From assembly GCA_003427395.1 (NCBI GenBank), contig BFEA01000006.1:2944891-3007232 (forward strand): a stretch of 62,342 nucleotides of DNA. The letters run 5' to 3'. The stretch is from Chara braunii. Lineage: Eukaryota > Plantae > Charophyceae. Positions within the stretch are counted from its first letter, which is position 1; each line of letters starts with the position of its first letter. The notes under the pieces were generated by a model. That model did no database searches, had not been told where the DNA came from, and saw nothing but the letters and a program-made list of their open reading frames with translations. Both the position numbers and the translations under genes were made by a program. Of the stretch, positions 39,502-51,890 are shown piece by piece.

Positions 39502-40746
39502 TGCCCGGTTGGGCAATGTACGTAGAGCCAAGGATCCGCAATGTGATAAAAAGGACTGAATGGACAATGCAATGTCAATTGAGCATCATCAAGCAATGTA
39601 CACCCTGAGACATACAAAATGGCACATAGTAGCGCAACGGATAAGTCCTGACCTGACCGGGACTGACACAACATCCCATCATACATCACACACGTGAGAG
39701 GAGGAGGAGGGACCACACACAAGGAAGAAGGGTCCCTCCTTGTACACACATATGGGGAGGTACCACAGACGAGAGATGGGAAGAGAGCAAGAGACGAAGA
39801 TGGAGGTAGGTCGCAATAGCGAAGTCCAAAAATAGTCTCTTGCCGATGTCCAATCAATGTCTGTCTCAGAAATGTCGAATCAGATCCTGGGCGACATGCC
39901 CATGGTAACCCCTACCTGTATCGTCTGCCTGTAACCACTCTCACTCTCGTATCTGAAGAAGAAGAAGAAGAAGGAGAAGGAGAGAGGAGAGAGAGAGAGA
40001 TGGAGGGGGAGACGAAGAGATCATCCTCCCTACTGTCTCACGTGCAGGAAGACCGCCGTTACTGACTACCGCGTGGTTGTTGTCTTGTGCAGGTTGCGAG
40101 CGGAGTCCGAGCTATGGCGCCAGGTAAGTCCGTTGTCCGCAGGTATGGCCTCCGCCCTCTCCTACCTACTCCTGTGTACCTCTAGTTCGCAGCGCAGCGC
40201 TAAGCTGCAGCGCTGGTCTAGCAGCGTGTTGCTTGAGGAGTGAGCTACCCGAACTGTGCCCGGCCCAACCACTGTCCAGCTATATGTAGCGCTGGGCGGT
40301 TGGACCTACCTGGTGCTGGTCTCAGAAACGACCCAGCTGGTCTGGGTCCCTACCGGACGTCTGGCCTCAGAAACCACCCAGCTGGTTTGGGTCCCTACCG
40401 GACGTCCAGACCATGCTGCTGATGCAGCAGGCGCAAAAATGGTGCCTAAGGTCCGAAACAGTACCGGTACCATTAAGTCAGGCGCCAAAACGCGCTTGGT
40501 TTCGGGAGGGCCTCGTGTCTTTGTACCTGGCCCAAGGCGTTGCCTTGGGGTCTGCAAGTCCGAAACGTCGTCTGCACAAACAACGGACAAGGCAACGGTA
40601 AGTAAATAAATTAATAGTGCCGCCTTTATGTGAAATCTGCGGCCTAGGGGCCGCCGCGGGCCTCCAGGGCGCATGTCTGATGGCATGCGTCCTGGGGGGC
40701 CCTCAGCAACCGTCGGGCCCCTTGAAATGGGCCCGTGTGCAGGCGC
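39502..40746 (-). repeat. 5' LTR of Gypsy element 2 (outer ~10 bp missing)
   Basis: Repeat of 32842-34065 with several indels, including an internal ~43-bp duplication at ~40320-40405. Confidence 0.88.
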
Positions 40747-41629
40747 AACTAGAGTATAGGATTGAGCTAGGATTTGTATTATTCAAAAAAGAATAAAAAA
40801 CATTGTTTTGAATAAAATTCATGAGTTAAAACTTCATCAATGGACTTAGTGATTCAATGAAATCATCATGTAAAAAAGAGAATTAACACAGAGAGAGAGA
40901 CAGAGAGAGAGAGAGCATGACCATGCTGGCTGCTGAAGATCACGATGATGATGAAGATACGGAGCATGATATATGACAACGTAAGATTATATGGAGACCA
41001 GTAGAAGGGTAAGAATATTATGTTGCTGACATCAGGAAGTCAGATCGGGAAGGGGTAGAAGCGGGCTATGGTGTTCTTTTTCTTCTTATTGACTCTGATC
41101 GGGAAACGAAGAAGGGGCAGGGCAGCATCGGGAAGAAATGGAGAGGGAAAGAGGGGACATGAAGATCGGACATGGTGATGCGATTAGGTCCTGTATGACT
41201 AGGGCGAAAGCGGAGGGAAAAAACTTCGGAGGGACAACATGAGGTGAAAGAATCTGGATCGGACTGCAATGGCGCGGGAGAGGAGAATGCGGGGGAGTCA
41301 CGATCAGGGAAAAAGAGGATGGGTGTGGCAGTTGTTGGGGATCTGAGATTGGGGCGAAGCAGAACACTTGCAACCGTGAAAGGAGGATGGGTGCACCAGT
41401 TGACGGAGGGGACTGGGTAAAGAAAAGGGGGAGGAGGTGGACTGAAGGGGACGCCGAGATCAGGGCGAGCAGAACACTTCACAACTGAGAATGGAGGATG
41501 GGTGCATGAGTTAAGGGAGGGGAGTGGGTAAAGAAGAGGGGGGGAGGCGGACTGAAGGGGAGGCTGGTGGCTGGGAGGTGTGGTGCGATCTTTTGTGTCT
41601 TTTCTTTTCTTTTTTTCATTTTATTTTTT

Positions 41630-41707
<78 letters not shown>

Positions 41708-42543
41708 NNNNNNNNNNNNNNNNNNNNNNNNNNNNNNNNNNNNNNNNNNNNNNNNNNNNNNNNNNNNNNNNNNNNNNNNNNNNNNNNNNNNNNNNNNNNN
41801 NNNNNNNNNNNNNNNNNNNNNNNNNNNNNNNNNNNNNNNNNNNNNNNNNNNNNNNNNNNNNNNNNNNNNNNNNNNNNNNNNNNNNNNNNNNNNNNNNNNN
41901 NNNNNNNNNNNNNNNNNNNNNNNNNNNNNNNNNNNNNNNNNNNNNNNNNNNNNNNNNNNNNNNNNNNNNNNNNNNNNNNNNNNNNNNNNNNNNNNNNNNN
42001 NNNNNNNNNNNNNNNNNNNNNNNNNNNNNNNNNNNNNNNNNNNNNNNNNNNNNNNNNNNNNNNNNNNNNNNNNNNNNNNNNNNNNNNNNNNNNNNNNNNN
42101 NNNNNNNNNNNNNNNNNNNNNNNNNNNNNNNNNNNNNNNNNNNNNNNNNNNNNNNNNNNNNNNNNNNNNNNNNNNNNNNNNNNNNNNNNNNNNNNNNNNN
42201 NNNNNNNNNNNNNNNNNNNNNNNNNNNNNNNNNNNNNNNNNNNNNNNNNNNNNNNNNNNNNNNNNNNNNNNNNNNNNNNNNNNNNNNNNNNNNNNNNNNN
42301 NNNNNNNNNNNNNNNNNNNNNNNNNNNNNNNNNNNNNNNNNNNNNNNNNNNNNNNNNNNNNNNNNNNNNNNNNNNNNNNNNNNNNNNNNNNNNNNNNNNN
42401 NNNNNNNNNNNNNNNNNNNNNNNNNNNNNNNNNNNNNNNNNNNNNNNNNNNNNNNNNNNNNNNNNNNNNNNNNNNNNNNNNNNNNNNNNNNNNNNNNNNN
42501 NNNNNNNNNNNNNNNNNNNNNNNNNNNNNNNNNNNNNNNNNNN

Positions 42544-42611
<68 letters not shown>
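41630..42611. repeat. (TG)n/(AG)n microsatellites flanking the gap at 41708-42543
   Basis: Read directly from the sequence. Confidence 0.95.
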
Positions 42612-42618
<7 letters not shown>

Positions 42619-43246
42619 AGCTGGGGGGGGAAGAGGAGTGGAATATTAGGGTGGAGTGGGGGGGTAAAGGTGGGAAATCGAGGTAGAGATAGGTGAGCGG
42701 GAGTGAAGGGAGGGAGCGAGATAGGGATAGGTGCAAATGAGATTATTGGCCCCCCACCATGCATGCGTGAGCTGTCGCACTTTTTCCAGTCAGGCCACTT
42801 CGAGCGACCAGAATGTCAACAGGCTGTCACGTAGGATTTGAAGTTTTGCAATAAATTAAATAAATTAATTAAGGCAAATCCCTTCCTGTTGTGTGCGTCC
42901 GGCTTCGAGCGAGAACCTTCAATTGTGGTCTACGGCGGTCCCCGTTCTTAGGAATCTTTTATTTTGATTCGGAACAACAAAGATCATACAAAAGATAATT
43001 ATAAAATTCTGGAGTGCCATGCATGTATTGATTTATCAATGAGAACTGTGACATGATCATTAGATAACACAACCATCGAGCAGAGTCAAAGCCAATAATG
43101 CAGGACCGGTTGACTTAAAGGCAGAGACAAGGTAAATGAGGGAAAAGTGAGAACTCGTAATAATCTAAGAAAGTACAGGTGAATGGACACGGCCAACACT
43201 AGTCAAGAGTCCTCACTCATCCATCTAGAGTATCCTCATCAATGTC

Positions 43247-43880
43247 TCATTTGGTCGTACGTCTCTTGCGTCTCGAGCCATGCCCATGTACCTTATGAAA
43301 TTGTACCCTCTGAATGTAGAGCCACCTGAAGCCTGCGAGTTCCGAACACTTCCATCCAAGGCCCATAACCCGAAAACCAACCATAGCACAAAACTCCTCC
43401 CACATAGTAGGAAGATATGGTTGGGAGAAAATCCCACGCCCGAGATGCCAAAACTCAGACGGCTCAGTAACTGCCTCGTAGTCGATCTCTATGGGCGAGA
43501 TATACCTGTTGGCCAGGACAACCAAATCACCCCAACAAGAGTCGTCTGTGAGAGGGAAAGGTACTAGAGGTTTTGGATAGTTAACGTAGAGCTTGGGCCC
43601 AAAACTGCGGATCAGCTTGGTACCACTCCCGTCAAGCTTCCTCTCTTTCTCCTCCAGGTACTTGGCTGCCAAGAACCAGACTGAGTCGAAGTGCTCATGA
43701 GTTTCTTTCCCCTTCTTCAAGTAGACCCTTAGGGCATGGGTGGTACCCCCTGCAAACTCGGTGTGAACCATAAAGGCTGACAAGGCTCTCCTCCTGAAAC
43801 TGACTGCGCTGACGTGCCGGTATTGGAACGCAACCTTGAGTGCAATCTGATTGAGGTTAGTCAACACTGACTCGTTAACT
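43247..43880 (-). CDS. Hypothetical protein exon/ORF (206 aa), family not recognised
   Basis: Uninterrupted, compositionally protein-like ORF preceded by AG acceptor candidates. An upstream exon-like ORF at 44126-44367 ends in CAG/GTGAG. Confidence 0.35.
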
Positions 43881-46800
43881 GGAGAAGACTGAATTAAACT
43901 CGTATGCGGATATAGATACCGAAACTGATCTCTGTGTTAAATGGCAATGACCAAATGCTGTTTACTTCTAACTAAATTTTAATGTTGCTGAGATTAACAA
44001 GTCACTGAATACCGATCACTTGACAACGGGAAACGTTGGGAGGATTGCAGATTGATGAGTGGCATTTGTTAGTTGAGATGCTGGTGGGGTTTTCGAGAGA
44101 GGAATTCGGGCACCCTTGCTCTCACCTGAGCTTTTCCCTGGCCTGCTCCAGCATCTCTAGCCAAGAGCCAGTGTTGTGCAACTTGTCGTCATGACCGTAA
44201 AAGTAGAACACATATTCAGTGTATCTTTCTTCTCTGATCATCCGGACTGCCTGTTCCGTCTGTGTCTGCCTATGTGAATCCATGTCTCGACTTGCTTCTT
44301 CTTCCCATCCTTCCTTTTTGTCCCTGTTTGATCGGTACTTCATCACTAGGATCTCGTCGTCCCTCATGATTCTTTTGCTACCTTTGAGTTCAAGTTTTGA
44401 TAAGAGTAGAAAGGCATAGGGATGCCCAATAATCTGACGATTTTCACACTCGAGACGGGCTGGTCACTTTCGCCCGAAGTTAAGTAGAGAGAGCACTTAC
44501 TAAGTGGCCTCATTAATCAACAAGGTTTCATCCTCTCAGATTTCCGCATATTATGGGGGCCCCAACATGATAGACGAAAATTAGTACTAACACTGCTCGA
44601 GTACTTTTAGTTGAGGATCTCTATTAGAGAAGCTCGCAGAGAACCACGAGTATTATAGTCAGCCAAGCTGTTACACCCATCACGGCTGGTGGCGAAAACA
44701 AACACGAGCAGCTCACAGGACAAGTTTGACGGTTGACGAAGCGGTACAAACAGTAATATGGGTTCGAACGACATACAACTCATCCTTAAAGACAAGTCCA
44801 ACTTGAGTAATAACCAATCAGTTATGAATTGTGAACCCTGGGTAATTAGCAAAGTGCTGCAGAGGTCATGCCCAACTTGATTCGCTTACAACCGATAACT
44901 AATTTGTCCCCAGGTGAGTACAGAGCTTGCGTGACAATGCCCCACATGACAAGTGAGCAAGACATGATTGAAACGTGTTATCGCTCGCTTACTGCACAAG
45001 CCATCGCTACTCTCTACCCCAATGTGTACACGGCCTAAACGTTGATAACCCAAATTCCATTTCATGTACAATGTGAAGCGTCATTGATCCCGGCCTTTGC
45101 TAGCATACAACGCAGGATACTATTCAGAGCACCCCTCATCCAACAATCACTGAGTTTTCTAGCTCGCCCGCTTTTCATTTGTTACACAGATTCTCCATTA
45201 TGACTGTGCTAGGATTGAACGAATGAAACTTGGATTGATAATCGCACCCGACTATTTGGTTGTTCTCAGGGCCTGATGAATGACTTCCGGGAACTCGCAG
45301 TCGAGGCAAGAGCTCACTTGAAATGTCCTAATCAACGCACAGGTTTGTAGCTGAGATTTTGAACAAAATCGAATTCAGTTTTATTGAAACGGCTAGTCCC
45401 CGTCAGAGTGGCCTTTCTTTTTCCCATCAGACAAACACAGACCCCTTTATGGGTATATCTTTGAAGTCAACTTAGACCTTGTTTTGAGATAAGGAAAAGA
45501 TTCCCAAAGTGGAAAATGGGATTGCTCGACGGGACTTCATTAATTTGCCAGTTAGCCCTCTACTGGCGGTCTAATCAATAACAAGAAACGAAATGACTAG
45601 GTCTAGTTAGTAAGGCTAATCAACCATGGCCTTGTCAGAAGTTGGTCATGAGCAAATAGGGGAGGAAAGGGTGTCGAAACCTTATCTGCTATTTTGATTC
45701 TTGCCCATCGCTTCACACGACATTGACAGACGGAAACCTTTCGACCTCGACCAATGAGATTTTCTTCTTCCTCTCACGAGCTGTTTACTCAAAAGGACAT
45801 CGACGTCTATCAACACCTGTTTACAAACGGGATCTTTGACAAATCTCATCACAACGGACGATACGACTTCTCTTTAGTGGCGGTGTCTAAAGTTAGATAC
45901 GGGAATTGACCAAGAAGCACACCTTCTTGCTGACAAACCGAAACTGTTGATAGTCGACAACACATATTCGTTCTCTTCGCACACTGACCGAAATAGTGTT
46001 TCCTTTTTGCACAGTCCTCTCTCGATTTGATCATCACATAGAGCACAAAGGTCGCCTTGTATGGGCTACATCATAACCACAATTGAGAGGGGAACTGACA
46101 TATAGCATGTGTCTTTGATGCCGTCTTTGTCATTAGTTCACACTTTTCTCGTATATTTTTAAAGGAAAATTCTCTCTCCGCCCGACAACATATCGCGTTA
46201 ACACCATATTTTCAAGCACAAAAGAAAAAAAAAGAAGACGGTCAAGTAAGGTCATTCTGAGATCTGATCAGAGCAGTCTCTCCCTAGCTTGTATATTGCA
46301 TGCTCATCATTCCTGCATTATAACCGATTGTGACACTCCGCGCGCATCTAGTGATAGTGCGCAAGGGAACGACCAGTGACACGACTCCTACATCACGAGT
46401 AAGTCAACTGTTTTCGTCCTTTCTCACCACTCTCCCCCTTTTTGCGTTGTTTCCAGTATACAACATAGTGCTTCCACTCTCAACCTCGCCTCCCCAAAAA
46501 ACAAAAAGATGCAGGGCTGCGCGAAGTCGCTTGAGAGATCAACAGTGAGAAGAAAAACCCCTCCCTTTTTCCCGTGCTCTCAAGCTACGAGAAGGGTTAG
46601 ATAGACTCGAGCAAGGCAGACCAAGCGGGGAAGCCGTTGACGTGATAAGCAATCAAATTGCTCTCTCGCGCAACTGGCGGTCATTTCGTGAGCTCCACCA
46701 GTAACAGTACCAACATTGTAGATGGTGCCCATTATTCACCAATGTGTCACTTCATACACTCCCCTCTCCATCCATATCACTTGTTCACACAGAGACTCAA

Positions 46801-49554
46801 ATGTCATCAGCCATGCGGCGTGCACAAATCCCTCATGCCCACTCACTCTGAAAACTGTTGTGACAGCATCTTCCTCTTACCTATATTTTTGCCTGCGCAC
46901 GCGAGAGTCGCCTCTTCTTGGCCATAGCGGGAATATGATAGGGGATGACCGTCGGCGCAAAACACATTGGCAATACTTGGCGTCGACCTCAAAGGTAAGC
47001 AGATCCTCCCTTTGATCTTCTTGGGGGGGGAATCAACTTCACATCTTTCGGCAGAGAGTTGCCACCACTGCCTGTTTCTCCTTTTCGCTCCTCGTTCGAG
47101 CATGCATAAGACACTTGTGCCCGTCTCACAAGTACTTCCCGCAAGCGAGTACAAACGGAGCTCGTTTTGAACTGTTGACGTCAACTGAAAGGCTACACAT
47201 GTCGTGCTCTCCCCTTCTCTTGCGCAAATTCTTACAACTATGTCTTGTATGCGGCTCGTGCATTCGGTGCTAGTTTCCACTTCGATTAGTGAAATTCACC
47301 GTCAGGCACAACGCACGGTCTTGCGGAATCCTTTCTGCACACGCTTCACCATAGAGCCTATCCCCGCGCACACTTCACTAGTATACCCTCTCCGGAGTAC
47401 CCTTGGACTGGGAGGAGTCTAATGACGTCAGTCGAGGGTCCCTCGCATAACTCTTCCCAGTGTCCTTTTGTTTTGCACCTTCCTCAATGGCCTGCACTAA
47501 CCGACCCGGCTATGGAGTCCATGGCTCCACCCTCGGAGAAACCCTTGCATATTTGCGGAAGAACGATGACGTCAACGACATAAGGCAGCGCCCGGTTTCC
47601 CGCCCCTCTCTCTGTCTAGCTCGTCTGACCTTTCCCTCTCTTTCTTGAGCGTGACTGTCGCGCGCGTCACTGTCACTACCCCTCGGCCTCAGATGCGTCG
47701 TCATCGTGGGTTGGCTTCTGGACCACTTTCGACAGGCTCGACAGTCGGGTGGTCTAGTCGCCAGTGCTCCAGACTGTGCCAGGACAGGGTCTCCGCCGTG
47801 CTGACCTCACTTTCGCTCCTTGAGTTTCGGTCTAGGTGAGCTTGCTTGCGTTCCACAATGTCCGTGGAGGTTTCCGCCTCATGATAGGCAACTCTCACCT
47901 GGACCTCGGCCGTGACGCCGTCCCGTCTGCACCTATGCTTGGCCCTATCCTTCGCTTCAGTCACGGCTGCTTGCAGTTTTGGATCCGCTCTCATCTCTTC
48001 CTCTCTAGCCCGCTTTACGTTGATTTTTAACTTGGCTTCGTCTCCCCTGTCATAGTTGAGAATGGTGGTGATCCAGGGTCCCTTCCCGGACATTGGCCTC
48101 CAGCAAGTTATAAGATTCCAGCAGTCAGGTCTGTAGCCATGCAGAGTCATAACCGTACACTCTCAGAATAACGGTTCAATAACCGAAGTTCGACGTCCGG
48201 CTTCGCACACAGACAGCCTACCACCTGCTTATTTCATCGCCCTGCACTCCCTCCTCAAATTACCCGCATTGGCAAAACAAGGTAGCCTACATGCGTCTAC
48301 TGGCCAACTACGAGTAGCGCGGCAGCCCCTGCTTTGTAAGATTACTATGGGCCGCGGTCCTTGCGTTCTGAATGAGGAGCTCGAATTGCCTTTTAAAATT
48401 CAGCACATTAGTGGTTTGTAAGTCAGAAATTAATAAAATAAAATAAGATAAAATAAAAATAAAAATAAAAACAGCATAAGGAGGGGAGGGCCTCAACGGT
48501 CATAACGCCCACAAAACCTTTCGATGTCAATCGCCCGTTACGTTGTCTTTGGCGTAAGATAAACGCAGATCCGACACAGTGGTCCCATAACGGGATACCG
48601 ATGGGCGTCGTCCTCTCCTCAAAACCTGCCGCCGGGCTACCGTTGATGGGTACCTCTGTCTGATGGTAAGGAGGGGGCTTATGACCCTCCGCGGAGGGTG
48701 ATAAGCTTCCTACCGAAGCGGCCGCGGGTTGCCCCCTTTTCGGGGTCGTCTATAGTAAAGTGAAACGTGAAAATTCGGTCAGCCTGGGTCACCCGTTTGA
48801 AATCAAGATTCAAAGGCCAACCGATCGCGAAACACCAAAGAGAGGGAGACTAAATCTCAAGGGGCAACTAAACAATAACAAAATAATAATAATGATAACA
48901 AGTGGACCCGCGGCAACCGAGCTGCGATGAAGGATGAAGGAGAAAGCATGTCGCATTTCTTTTAGGGACATTTTGACACACATCTCAGCTAAAGGGGATA
49001 TATCGCAAATCAGAACTTGCTCCGCCAGAGGAGGGTCTCTCTCTCTAGCTGTGTCTTTCTTATACACACACATACGGACACACACATATATGTGCGGAGT
49101 AACACATGAGAAATAGTGAAAAAGAAAGAAGTCATTTTTTCTGTCTCCTTCCTTTATAAACAGGTGTACATAGTTCTCTCTCTCTTCGACACACACGGAC
49201 ACACGTACAGACACATATACACAGACAGCAGGGCTTTTTTTGGTAGAACACCTGTCCACCACCTGATGCTTACAGCCAGTGACCGTTTGTCTTCTTGGCA
49301 CTCTCTCCTTCTCTTTCTTCGTCTCCGCGGCTTGCTCTTTTCCTTTGTCCGCATCTGTCTTTGTTGCTCTCTCTGTAGAGGAATGTTCACAGTTAGAGGC
49401 GGTCTTCATCTTCTCCACGTCTTCTGCACCCGCTGCAACAGTTGTGGGACGGGCGAGGCTTGCTGTAGTCTTCATGTCGGTCAACTTGTGGAAGTCTTCA
49501 TGATGGATGGCCGGAGGACGTTGGTCGTTGCAGGAAGGAAGCTACCCTTCGGAC

Positions 49555-51014
49555 GAATTTTGGGCGCCAGGATATGGCGCTCAGCGAGCCATTGAGGGTT
49601 GTTCGAGTTTGTTGAGAGGGCAGGAAAGGTCCATCCAATGAGTTCTGTTGTTTCGCCATGAAGGCAGAATTGGGGGGGGATTTCGACAGTGTCAGGTGTT
49701 GTGTTGTGTGGGGGGGGAAGTTCTCCATTGCCGAGACGCAGTAACCACGCGGCGTAGTCACGTGCTTCGGTGGTGTTGGATTGAGTGAGCACACACATGT
49801 TTTCAGAAAGGTGCATTGTGTGAAAGTAAGGCCATAGTTTAGAGGACTTTATGCATGCGTTGATCGTTGGTGCATGACTGCCTTCTGTGATGACAAGGAG
49901 GATTTGTCAAAAGTCACCTCCGAGAACCGTAATTTTTGCGCCGAATGGTTGGTTGGATGAACAGATATCTTGCAAAGTCCTGTCAAGTGCTTCAATGTGA
50001 TGTTTGTGCATCATTGGGGCTTCGTCCTAGACATTGGTAACGGCCATTCTTATGAGTTATGCTAAGGTGCTTTGTTTGGGAATGTCAAGAGTTGATGTTT
50101 CTGTAGGCGCGAGTGGCGCTTTGAAGCGAGAGTGAAAAGTACGACCGCCGTCGAAGTGTGGCTGCAATGCCGCTGGATGCGACTGCAAGTGCAATCTGGT
50201 TATGGAGGCGCAGGTGTGCCAGTATGGTGTTGATGCAGAATGTTTTGCCATTTCCTGCAGGTGCATCAATAAATAGAGAGAGGGGCTCGGCGTTTTCTGC
50301 AGCAGTAACGACACGTCGGAATATTGCATGCTGTGACGGCGTGAGTTGTGGTAGATTTGTATCGAGTGTACGTTGCAGTTCCTGTTTGTCGTATGATATT
50401 TCATCGTCTATCAACCTAGGAATCCCTTCGCGACGTGGTCTTTTTGAAATGTGAGTTGCCTCGTCGCGGTCCATGGGAGCGGGTGCGTCGAGACCAACGT
50501 CCACAAGCTCTTTGCCCTCTTGTTGCAAGCGGCTTTCGATGTCCAGGACCACCATAGCTTTTAGGATGTCGTCGGAGATATGTGCTCCAGTAAGGTCTTT
50601 ACAAAAGTCGTCGATCATACGGTTCCAATGTGTTTCAAATAGTTCATTTGGGTCAGTCGGGTCACATTGTAGAACGATATGGACAAAAAGATCGCGTACC
50701 ATTGGTGATGATGATGTGAATATAGCGTCATTGAGAACAACATCGAATTGCGTGTTATCGTTGAGAAGACCCAACGCTTTGCATGTCGTTTGGAACGTTG
50801 GATGGATTTCACCGTCAACTGTACGCAAATTTTCAAATGATGTGGCGCCGCGGGAATGGGGAGAGTTGAGTAGCATACGGACGCAGAACGTGTCACCAAC
50901 ATTTGGATGGATGGTGTGGATTCGTCCAATAGTATTGGCAGAGCGATGTGTGAGAACCCATCCTTTTTGTTTCTGATCAAATCGGAACCTGAGAACCATG
51001 TCTTTATAGAGCGG
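49555..51014 (-). pseudogene. Helitron PIF1-family helicase remnant
   Basis: GATSFENLRTVDG, FIDAPAGNGKTF (Walker A), AVASSGIAAT, GGRTFHSRFK, DEAPMMHK, LGGDF, YAAWLLRLGNG. Confidence 0.92.
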
Positions 51015-51709
51015 TGTCGGTGCGAATACCCTTACAAGGGTATCCGCCCTAGTTTTGGCAAGCGGCAGGAATAGTCTTGGTTTAAAGTTTAAAGCATTCC
51101 GCGCGGGGCGCGGTTGCGTCTGTAATTTATGTCGACTGGATGGTTGACTAGGGTAGAGAGTTTGTGGGCGCGCGGGTTTAAGGCGCTCGTGATCTTTTAT
51201 TTTGATGGGTGATTGTGAAAGTCGGCGTTGGTCGCTGGCTAGATTTTTTTCTTTTGATTAAATAGGGAGTAAAAAGATTATGATTAATGTGCTCGCCTGT
51301 GACCTGTGCGTACGTGCGGAGGACGACGTCGACAACAAAGTGACTTCTGAAAAGCGCTTCGGTGGGTCAGCGCGCCGCGCAATGTCCATTTATTTAGGCG
51401 TTCGTCAGAGCTAGGCCCGGACTTGGGCCGAGCACTATTGGTTACGGTGTCAGACTTTCATCGGGGAAATTCAGGGATTGAGGTCGAGCGGCGGCAACGT
51501 GGGGGTATCAAAGCAGCGAGAAGGGCCCACCGGGGCTATCCCCCTTGGTTTTGTCGTCAAGCGGCATCGAAATGGTAATAGCGGTTCCCTTCCTCTCGCC
51601 GTTGTAGTTGGACTATTAAGAAGCATCTTTAAACAATGTTATTATAATCGGGCGCCGTTTGTTCCCCGCAGTCCGCGGTAAAAGGGGTTAGATGTGAGTA
51701 GGCTCGCGG

Positions 51710-51890
51710 GACCCTCCTCCGCCTCGGTCTTCAAAGTTCTCATTTGAATATTTGCTGCGACCACCAAGATTTGTACCGAGACCCGGCCCTCCGAGGCCCG
51801 CGTTGCTGGCTTAGCAACAAGCCCGTGCCCTCATGCTTACGAAGGGGGTGGAGGCGAGAGGGCCGAGCATAGAGGAGGGGGTGCGGCGAA
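51710..51890 (-). pseudogene. Diverged 25S/28S rRNA fragment inside element X copy B
   Basis: Minus strand tcttggtggtcgcagcaaatattcaaatgagaactttgaagaccga versus LSU core tcttggtggtagtagcaaatattcaaatgagaactttgaag. Same rRNA region as 25439-25740. Confidence 0.85.

Larger units (their letters stand above)
32842..40746 (-). mobile_element. Near full-length decayed Ty3/Gypsy (chromovirus-type) LTR retrotransposon with two LTRs
   Basis: ~1.2-kb direct repeats 32842-34065 and 39502-40746. PPT aaggagggggggg (34066-34078) abuts TGTTACA. PBS-like tgtatcag at ~39494-39501. gag-PR-RT-RH-INT-chromo order. Confidence 0.93.

Noticed and set aside
45272-45330. Other CTGATGA motifs (also ~13308, ~54422) as hammerheads
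   Set aside because: No stem II followed by GAAA and a cleavage triplet.
48493-48610. 5S rRNA-like start (caacggtcataac)
   Set aside because: The similarity does not extend to the internal A/C boxes.
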